DNA from: Octopus sinensis
Taxonomy: Eukaryota
Direction: 5' to 3'
Assembly: GCF_006345805.1 (NCBI RefSeq)
Contig: NW_021829296.1
Location: 1-7,110 of the forward strand
Length of the DNA: 7,110 nt
Below, piece after piece: positions 1-7,110 of the stretch. Both the position numbers and the translations under genes were made by a program. Numbering within the stretch: the first letter of the stretch is position 1; every line of letters starts with the position of its first letter. The notes below the pieces were generated by a model. That model had not been told where the DNA came from. It was given only the letters and a program-made list of their open reading frames with translations, and made no database searches.

Positions 1-173
1 GAAACGATTCATGTACAACACTAAGAATAAAACCTCTAGCACAAGAGTTACTTATATCTCTTAGCAATCTAAGCTAGAGTTGGCAGAATAATGATAAAGA
101 TCTTAATTTAATTAATAATAATTAATAGCCAGAAAATCAGCTAAAACCAGCAACTTCCTACGTTAAGGAGTAA

Positions 174-654
<481 letters not shown>

Positions 655-745
655 TTTCTTACCTTTTTCTAGTTTCAGTCATTGGACAGCGGTCACACCG
701 GTGCACCAGCTTGAAGGGTTTAGAAACAAAATCGACCCCAGTATT
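655..745 (-). mobile_element. SINE 3' tail fragment (minus strand)
   Basis: Reverse complement (..TACTGGGGTCGAT..GCTGGTGCACCGGTGTGACCGCTGTCCAATGACTGAAACTAGAAAAAGG) aligns with the plus-strand tail at ~6505-6590 (CGGGGTCGAT..GCGGTGCTCCAGCATGGCCGCAGTCAAATGACTGAAACAAGTAAAAG). Confidence 0.8.
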
Positions 746-760
746 TTTTAAAGTTTCTTT

Positions 761-818
761 TGTATGTATGTATGTATGTATGTATGTATGTATGTATGTA
801 TGTATGTATGTATGTATG
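761..818. repeat. (TATG)n microsatellite, probably the SINE-internal one
   Basis: Perfect TGTA repeats followed directly by the SINE body, the same order as at 6381-6459. Confidence 0.95.
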
Positions 819-907
819 TGTATATGTTTGTGTGTCTGTGTTTGTCACCCACAACATCGCTTGACAGCCGATGCTGGCGTGTTTACAAACCCCGTAACTT
901 AGCAGTT
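819..907 (+). mobile_element. SINE post-microsatellite body (plus strand)
   Basis: GTTTGTGTGTCTGTGTTTGTCACCCACAACATCGCTTGACAGCCGAT closely matches ~6413-6459. Confidence 0.85.
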
Positions 908-998
908 AGAAGAAGACACTTGCCCAGGATGCCAGGCAGTGGGATTGAACTTAACAGTTAGAAGAAGACACTTGCCCAGGATGCCAGTGGGATTGAAC
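896..998. repeat. ~52-bp tandem duplication
   Basis: TTAGCAGTTAGAAGAAGACACTTGCCCAGGATGCCAGGCAGTGGGATTGAAC (899-950) and TTAACAGTTAGAAGAAGACACTTGCCCAGGATGCCA----GTGGGATTGAAC (951-998), each preceded by AAC. Confidence 0.95.
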
Positions 999-1040
999 CC
1001 AGAATCATATGGTTGAGAAGCAAGCTTCTTATCACAGAGC
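908..1040 (-). mobile_element. SINE tRNA-derived head plus CORE-like segment (minus strand), partly duplicated
   Basis: AGAAGACACTTGCCCAGGATGCCA..GTGGGATTGAACCCAGAATCATATGGTTGAGAAGCAAGCTTCTTATCACAGAGC is the diverged reverse complement of ~6232-6313. Confidence 0.85.
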
Positions 1041-1065
1041 ACACACACACACACACACACACACA
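1040..1065. repeat. (CA)n microsatellite
   Basis: About 13 perfect CA units. Confidence 0.97.
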
Positions 1066-1152
1066 TGTATTATGCATAATTTTGAGAAATGTAAAAATGT
1101 TGTGCTTAAAATATATTCAGTAGATAACATTAATTAATTACCAGAATTGCTT

Positions 1153-1300
1153 GCTTAATTCTTCCATACAAACCAAATTAAATTTCTTGTATAACATAAT
1201 TTTTTTTTTCAAAATTTGTCTCGCAAGTAAATTTTATTTCTGTCACTAGCGGTGCCCCAGCATGGCCACAGCCTTAGGGCTGAAACATATATAAGAATAA
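1153..1300 (+). mobile_element. 148-bp insertion ending in a SINE-type tail, flanked by an 11-bp direct repeat
   Basis: Tail GCGGTGCCCCAGCATGGCCACAG..CTGAAACA..AAGAATAA at 1249-1300; CAGAATTGCTT at 1142-1152 and 1301-1311. Confidence 0.6.
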
Positions 1301-1465
1301 CAGAATTGCTTCTTATTGTCATTGTATTTGTGGGTATATGTGAGTGTGTGTCTGTATGTGTGTATGATTGTGCGTGTGTGGGTGTCTGTGTATATAAGCA
1401 TGTGTGTTTCTGAGCTCGAGTTTGTAATTGTGTGTGCGTAAACGTGTTTGTGTCAACGCCTGTAT

Positions 1466-1878
<413 letters not shown>

Positions 1879-2081
1879 ATAAAGGTTGGCCCTTTTGTGT
1901 GTGTACTTATGTATGTGTGTCTGTTAGTCTGTTTGTATATACGTACGTATGTATGGATGTCTATATGAATATATATTGGGCGTAAATCCAGGTACTTCAG
2001 CTAGTGCACGCAATTTGAAAAATTAAAGCCATATGATTGACGTAGAGTACATATAGCATCATGGACCCTCTTTGCGACGAG

Positions 2082-2111
2082 CTCTCTCTCTCTCTTTCTC
2101 TGTCTTTCTTC

Positions 2112-2146
<35 letters not shown>

Positions 2147-2325
2147 CCTTTCTCTCTCTCTGTGTCTTCTTTCTCTGTCTCTCTCTCTTTCTTCATTTCT
2201 CTCTCTCTCTTTCTCTTTCTTTCTTCCTTTCTCTCTCTCTCTCTGTCTTCCTTTCTCGCTCTCTCTTTCTTCCTTTCTCTGTCTCTGTCTCTTTCTTCAT
2301 TTCTCTGTCTCTGTCTCTCTCTTTC
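2082..2325. repeat. Complex (CT)n polypyrimidine tract
   Basis: CT repeats punctuated by recurring CTTCCTTTCTCT / CTTCATTTCTCT. Confidence 0.95.
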
Positions 2326-2517
2326 ATAAAAATGAAGTATTAAAGTCAGATGTCATTTGCATGAATTTACATATCCCGGACATTTATTGCACACCTTGTA
2401 TTGATGCAGAAAACGACACATTTTTCTCTTACCTAACGACCATAAATGTTTTGCACAGCCCACGTGCTCTGATCAGTGAAGAAAGTAGACGGCCGTACAT
2501 TGATCATAATTAATAAA

Positions 2518-2983
2518 CATGTTTGTAACCTTGCTATGAAAACAGACCCCTGTAGTTAAACCTCAGAGTTTTCAGCAGTCGAAGTGTGAGATTAAATTCA
2601 CCAATCGATCTGGTTAATTTCAAATTTTATTAAAGCCATCGTAAGGACTCGCCTACTCAGCTCAAGTTGTTGATAAACAGTAGTGACCGCTACATAGAAA
2701 TAATGTGAACGTGATAAAGCCAGGTTCGACTTTATTTATACAAAATAATACTAAGTTAACTTTGCGAATGAATTAATTAGAGCATGGACGCAAGATATAT
2801 GTGATTAAAATTGTAAGCAAAGTTAAGATCGTGTGTTTAACGAGCATATTTTTACGCCGCTATGAAATTAAGATCTCTTGTTTAAACCGCACAGATTTTA
2901 GCTGCTGTCATGGAGCGACATCGAGGTGAATAATCGATTAGTTCTCACTTTGTTGAAGCTAATGGTAGGACTCGCTAACTTCA
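2518..2983. repeat. Old, decayed direct repeat pair (2518-2659 vs 2845-2983)
   Basis: Collinear exact anchors GCTATGAAA (2533/2859), TTAAACC (2556/2882), AATCGAT (2603/2932), AGGACTCGC (2644/2967); offsets 323-329. Confidence 0.6.
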
Positions 2984-3489
2984 CCTTTCCCATTTTGTAT
3001 CCTGAGACCATGCCTGAATTACAGGGTATCGACAGAATGTAAGCATTTCGTAGTATTTGAGAATAAATTATGACTTGTTAATTTATTCTTTTACTACAAA
3101 TGACAATTGTCTAGTAAGGAACACATATTCAATTTGAAGAAATTAGATGTAAACCGGATATAAACTAATAAGCAGTTAGCTTTGAAAATGTGATAAAAAT
3201 GAAATAATATTGTAAAATGTAAAACTTATTTGAAAAAGAAATGTTTATTTTTATGGTTTATTATAATTAAAGCGCTAAAATACAGGCTGTCTATTGCTTA
3301 CGATCATATCACGTTAGGAAACTCTAAGCCAGCTGATTGGCCGACTCAGTCTTGCAACATAGCTGCTAAAATTTCTTCAGTTTAACCATGGGTTTCATTT
3401 TTTTACGAGATGAAAAATATATTCATGAAAATTAAGGACTTGTAGGGAAGCGGTATTTCGTTGTGCAACCATGATATACTATGAAGTGT

Positions 3490-3878
3490 CGTGGTGGCGC
3501 AATGGCCCAGTTGTTAGGGCAGCGGACTCGCGGTCATAGGATCGCGGTTTCGATTCCCAGACCGGGCGTTGTGAGTGTTTATTGAGCGAAAACACCTAAA
3601 GCTCCACGCGGCTCCAGCAGGGGATGGTGGTGATCCCTGTTGTACTCTTTTACCACAACTTTCTCTCACTCTTACTTCCTGTTTCTGTTGTACCTGTATT
3701 TCAAAGAGTCGGCCTTGTCACTCTCTGTGTCACGCTGAATATCCCCGAGAACTACGTTAAGGGTACACCTGTCTGTGGAGTGCTCAGCCACTTACACGTT
3801 AATTTCACGAGCTGGCTGTTCCGTTGATTCGGATCAACCGGAGCCCTCGTCGTCGTAACCGACGGAGTGCTTCCAACA
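3490..3878 (+). mobile_element. Full-length ~389-bp tRNA-derived SINE (possibly the octopus OR1/OK type; not verified)
   Basis: A-box TGGCCCAGTTG (3503-3513), B-box-like GGTTTCGATTCCC (3546-3558), 3' end CCAACAAC; 12-bp TSD ACTATGAAGTGT at 3478-3489 and 3879-3890. Confidence 0.92.
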
Positions 3879-3940
3879 ACTATGAAGTGTATTAAAGGAT
3901 TTTATAAATATACTTTATTGCATAACCGAATACTACATGC

Positions 3941-4066
3941 CTACAAGTCATTAATATTTACGTACCAGCTTCCGGGAATGTGTATGATATGTAAAATTGG
4001 TATATCCAATAACTAAACACTACTGGATTTAGGAGCTGTTTAAGCAATGAGTTTGTAGGTGATTAA
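3941..4066 (+). pseudogene. Possible relic of the C-terminal end of a Penelope-type GIY-YIG endonuclease (speculative)
   Basis: Frame reads LQVINIYVPASGNVYDM*NWYIQ*LNTTGFRSCLSNEFVGD*, loosely like the E-x-x-(W/Y)-I-x-K-L-N-T..G-L-N ending; requires both TAA to derive from GAA/AAA. Confidence 0.2.
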
Positions 4067-4073
4067 GGGGTTA

Positions 4074-4127
4074 GATTGGTGCTGATGAAGGAGCAAAAAC
4101 TCCCGAAATATGGCATAAAGGTCCGTT
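4074..4127 (+). ncRNA. Degenerate type I hammerhead ribozyme motif, copy A
   Basis: GAUUGGUG, CUGAUGA (4082-4088), A, GGAG-caaaaa-CUCC (4090-4103), C, GAAA (4105-4108), UAUG-G-CAUA (4109-4117); U16.1 replaced by A (4118) and stem I 3' strand decayed. Confidence 0.65.
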
Positions 4128-4328
4128 ACTCTTTTTTTCATCTTCAATCTCATTGTTTGTTTACATCTGATGTTTCGTATATGAAACGTTGTAACAAAAG
4201 TCTGTGCTGCTATAATTTCTACAGTATATCTGTAGAGATAACCTTAGCAAGTGGTGTAAAATGCACTGCTAACACAGTAGAACACGAAATGCTGCGTAGC
4301 TACAAATCATTAATATTTACGTACCAGC

Positions 4329-4553
4329 GAGCTGGCAGAAACGTTAGCACGCCGGGCGAAATGCTTAGTGGTATTTCGTCTGCCGTTACGTTCCGAGTTC
4401 AAATTCCGCCGAGGTCGACTTTGCCTTTCATCCTTCCGGGGTCGATAAATTAAGTACCAGTTACGCACTTGGGTCGATGTAATCGACTCAATCCATTTGT
4501 CTGTCCTTGTTTGTCTCCTCTGTGTTTAGCCCCTTGTGGGCAGTAAAGAAATA
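4329..4553 (+). mobile_element. ~225-bp tRNA-derived SINE of a third family
   Basis: Head (GC)GAGCTGGCAGAAACG, B-box GTTCAAATTCC (4397-4407), central GACTTTGCCTTTCATCCTTCCGGGGTCGATAAATTAAGTACCAG (4417-4460), A-rich end; 17-bp TSD AATATTTACGTACCAGC at 4312-4328 and 4554-4570. Confidence 0.92.
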
Positions 4554-4674
4554 AATATTTACGTACCAGCTTCTAGGAATGTCTTTGATATGTAAAATTG
4601 CTATATCCAATAACGTTACACCGCTGTATATAGTGGCTATTTAAGCAATGAGTTCGAGGCGGATTAAGGAGTCA

Positions 4675-4727
4675 GATGGGTATTGATGAAGGAGCAAAAC
4701 TCCCGAAATGTGGTATATACGCCTATC
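4675..4727 (+). ncRNA. Degenerate type I hammerhead ribozyme motif, copy B
   Basis: Stem I GAUGGGUA (4675-4682) with CGCCUAUC (4720-4727) gives 7/8 pairs including GU; core UUGAUGA (C3 to U); stem II GGAG-caaaa-CUCC; GAAA (4705-4708); stem III UGUG-G-UAUA; cleavage triplet AUA (4717-4719). Confidence 0.7.
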
Positions 4728-5107
4728 ACACCTATTTTTCGTCTTCGATCTCATTGTTTATTTACATCTGATATCTCAGATATGAAACGGTGTAACAAAT
4801 ATCAGTGCCGGCTATAATTTCTATAGAGTATCTATACAGATAAACGTAACACATGATATTTATGAAACTTGGTTTTATTTCTTTCTATTAAACCATGTTA
4901 CTAAATATTACTCTATAATATCGTATATTGCTATAATCTGTTCAGTGGTTATCGTTGCAAATATATTAACGTCTCTAAATTAGTTTGGATATCGTTATAT
5001 TCACGTGATATTGTGTTAGGTTCTGTGTTATATCGTTTGTTATATTGTGATTTTGCTTTTATGTTGTATTTTTCTGGTTGTTTTCCTGTCTGCAAAATTA
5101 ATTTTAC

Positions 5108-5137
5108 TTTTTTTTTTTTTTTGTTTTTTTGTTTTTT
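5108..5137. repeat. Poly-T tract
   Basis: T15-G-T7-G-T6. Confidence 0.9.
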
Positions 5138-5159
5138 CACAAAGATTATATACATAAAT

Positions 5160-5714
5160 ACGCGCACGTTGGCACACGCACATACTCACTATACCCTCGC
5201 TTTATCATATATATAAATGCGTGTGTGAGTATGCATTATGTGTGTGTGTATATATGTATATATTTTATACACACACACACACACACCACACATCACACCA
5301 CACACAAACCATATATATATATTATATAATATATATGCATGTGTGTTGTATGTATGTTATTTTATTAAGTATGTATACAGTGAGACATAGAGAGAGAGGG
5401 AGAGAGACATGTGTATATACATATATATGTGTCTGTCTATATGTGTATTCATGTGTATGCATACATACATACAATCATACATACATTCACACATACATAC
5501 ATACATACATACATACATACATACATACATACATACATACATACATGCATGCATACATACACACACACACACACACATACATACATACATACATACATAC
5601 ATACATACATACATACATACATACACACATACACACATACATAAAGGCACATACGCAAACACACGCACATACACACAAACATATACAAATACACACATAT
5701 ATATACACACACAC
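5160..5714. repeat. Compound microsatellite field: CA, TA, GA and (CATA)n
   Basis: (CATA)n at ~5492-5546 and ~5577-5624, (CA)n at ~5560-5577, (GA)n at ~5388-5407, degenerate flanks. Confidence 0.95.
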
Positions 5715-5850
5715 TACAAGAGTAATTTTACTGTTCAATAGATGCCAGATTTATTTGAAAATAAAAGTGAATTTTCTATATTTTATTGCTCAATCAAGTC
5801 AAATTTATTCGCTATTAAACCTGAATGTTTTAATGTTACAGTTTTATAAA

Positions 5851-6136
5851 TACTTACCTGACTACATTCTGACTCAACCCCATCCTCTCCTCCCCTCTAC
5901 TTACATCTGTCTCTAGTGTTTTTTCTGCCTTCTTTCTAACCATTTATAGCCCTACTTAATCCCCGTCCCCTCTCATTTCCTCACCCACACATACTTATTT
6001 CTGACCCCTTTTTTATTATCTTTTCCCTTCTACTTATTTCTGATGATTGTTATTACCCTCCAACTTATGTGACCCTCCTTATACCTCGTTCCATTGCACT
6101 TATTTATGACCCTAGGCATTCAACTGATAACCCTAG
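5851..6136. repeat. Degenerate pyrimidine-rich minisatellite-like region
   Basis: ACTTA(TTTC)TGACCC-like motif at 5852, 5899, 5954, 5993, 6032, 6063, 6098. Confidence 0.45.
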
Positions 6137-6225
6137 TTTATTTTCCATCCTTTCTGTTATTTCTACTCCTAGTTGACACCGAACCCTACGAATTACCCTT
6201 GTATTTCACACAATAATTGGAAATA

Positions 6226-6592
6226 GGAGTGGCTGTGTGGTAAGTAGCTTGCTAACCAACCACATGGCTCCGGGTTCAGTCCCACTGCGTGGCACCTTGG
6301 GCAAGTGTCTTCTGCTATAGCCCCGGGCCGACCAATGCCTTGTGAGTGGATTTGGTAGACGGAAACTGAAAGCCCGTCGTATATATGTATATATATATGT
6401 ATGCGTGTGTGTGTTTGTGTGTCTGTGTTTGTCCCCCCCAACATCGCTTGACAACCGATAAAAGAGACCGATAGAATAAGTACTGGGCTTACAAAAGAAT
6501 AAGTCCCGGGGTCGATTTGCTCGACTAAAGGCGGTGCTCCAGCATGGCCGCAGTCAAATGACTGAAACAAGTAAAAGAGTAAAAAGAGAGAG
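6226..6592 (+). mobile_element. tRNA-derived SINE with a CORE-like domain and internal microsatellite (possibly octopus OR2 type; not verified), with an internal deletion
   Basis: A-box TGGCTGTGTGG (6230-6240), B-box-like GGTTCAGTCCC (6273-6283), ACCTTGGGCAAGT (6294-6306) as in the CORE/MIR core, TA/TG microsatellite ~6381-6420, tail ending GTAAAAGAGTAAAAAGAG; no clear TSD. Confidence 0.9.
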
Positions 6593-6886
6593 TATAGTGT
6601 AGCCCCGCGTCTAAACCAGTTCCTTAACGTCGAATCCCTTTGCCTCTATATATTTCTTAAATATTTCTGCTGTTTCATTCTTAATTATTTCTGTTCTATT
6701 TTTTCTGCTTTCTGCTCCACCGATTATATTGTGTAACAAAGTTTTTTTCTTTATATTTATATTTAATTATTTTTGTCTTTGTTCAGTAAGTGTTATTTCC
6801 TATTTGGTTCTATCAACAAATCAAAGGAAGTGACTACTATTCCCTTCAAACTTTGCTTTTATCACCTGGACAAATATTCTACTCAA

Positions 6887-7030
6887 TACCACAGATTTAT
6901 TTGTCAGTTGCTTGACCTTAACCACTTGAGCATGTCCGTTAGCGACAGATAATATGTGCATCTCTGATCATAAGCAGGAGTAGTGGGGGAGCATCATAGC
7001 CATGTGTTGAGAGGGATTCTTTGAGGTTTG
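6887..7030. repeat. Probable fragment of an abundant interspersed repeat
   Basis: Higher-GC island (TACCACAGATTT..GACCTTAACCACTTGAGCATGTCC..GTAGTGGGGGAGCATCATAGCC..) that resembles, from memory only, a common octopus repeat; no second copy in the window. Confidence 0.4.
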
Positions 7031-7110
7031 GGGTAAATATTGCAACAAAAACAAAGTTTGAAGGAAATATTAGCCATTTTTCATTCTTTCTTGAGGTGAA
7101 CAAATAGGAA

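Larger units (their letters stand above)
3925..4283 (+). repeat. Unit A of a 359-bp hammerhead-containing tandem repeat (retrozyme or Penelope pLTR-like)
   Basis: CTACAAGTCATTAATATTTACGTACCAGC at 3941 recurs as CTACAAATCATTAATATTTACGTACCAGC at 4300; 3970-4081 vs 4571-4682 aligns without gaps at 88/112 by hand count (~79%). Confidence 0.9.
4284..4870 (+). repeat. Unit B of the 359-bp tandem repeat, interrupted by a SINE (4329-4553) and its TSD
   Basis: After removing the 242-bp insertion (4329-4570), the hammerhead core lies 141 nt from the unit anchor in both copies; similarity fades at ~4870. Confidence 0.88.

Noticed and set aside
2022-2639. ATTAAAGCCAT direct repeat (2022 and 2629) as a TSD
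   Set aside because: An AT-rich 11-mer pair 607 bp apart is expected by chance, and no element ends are visible.
3350-3381. GCTGCTAAAATTTCTTCAGT, 18/20 identical to 4206-4225, as a possible third hammerhead-repeat unit
   Set aside because: The SINE-corrected offset is 443 rather than 359, and there is no hammerhead remnant or extended alignment upstream. It is not fully excluded.
3490-3565. tRNA genes at the SINE heads
   Set aside because: A and B boxes are present, but I could not fold a complete cloverleaf and each head continues into a SINE body.
4076-4453. 125-aa ORF
   Set aside because: It runs across repeat unit A, the start of unit B and into a later-inserted SINE, and the homologous frame is not kept open in unit B.
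3953-4570. Thrice-repeated 17-mer as CRISPR-like repeats
   Set aside because: It is explained by one tandem duplication plus one TSD; the spacing (359, 242) and eukaryotic context do not fit CRISPR.
4708-4983. Hydrophobic, membrane-protein-like reading frame (MWYIRLSHLFF...)
   Set aside because: It has an internal stop, is not conserved in unit A, and T-rich DNA yields hydrophobic residues by composition.
5108-5137. Poly-T as the poly(A) tail of a minus-strand retrocopy
   Set aside because: No polyadenylation signal, TSD or recognisable body lies next to it.
5851-5860. Consensus splice donors (minus-strand CAG|GTAAGT at 5851-5860; others near 660, 2432 and 6787) and a strong antisense acceptor in the SINE tail at ~6562-6592
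   Set aside because: Such short motifs are expected by chance in AT-rich DNA, and no convincing exon with an open frame links them.
6040-6070. Another CTGATGA
   Set aside because: No stem II hairpin or GAAA follows; it is part of the local ACTTATTTCTGA motif.

Overview
AT-rich, non-coding animal genomic DNA. The SINE families look like those abundant in octopus genomes (from recall, not verified by search). No protein-coding gene is supported; nearly all supplied ORFs are microsatellite read-through. The window holds large microsatellites ((GATA)n, (TATG)n, (TG)n, (CT)n, (CATA)n) and about six tRNA-derived SINE copies or fragments, three with clear target-site duplications (TSDs). The main hidden signal is a decayed head-to-tail tandem repeat with a 359-bp period (about 3925-4870, second copy interrupted by a SINE). 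Each unit carries a type I hammerhead-ribozyme motif (stem I - CUGAUGA - GGAG/CUCC stem II - GAAA - near-palindromic stem III - UA - stem I'). This is the layout of a non-LTR retrozyme or a Penelope-like pseudo-LTR array. Both copies have lesions, but in different core positions. Other points are an internally inverted SINE with a junction-spanning duplication (655-1040), a 148-bp TSD-flanked insertion carrying only a SINE tail, and a second, older direct repeat with a ~325-bp offset (2518-2983).
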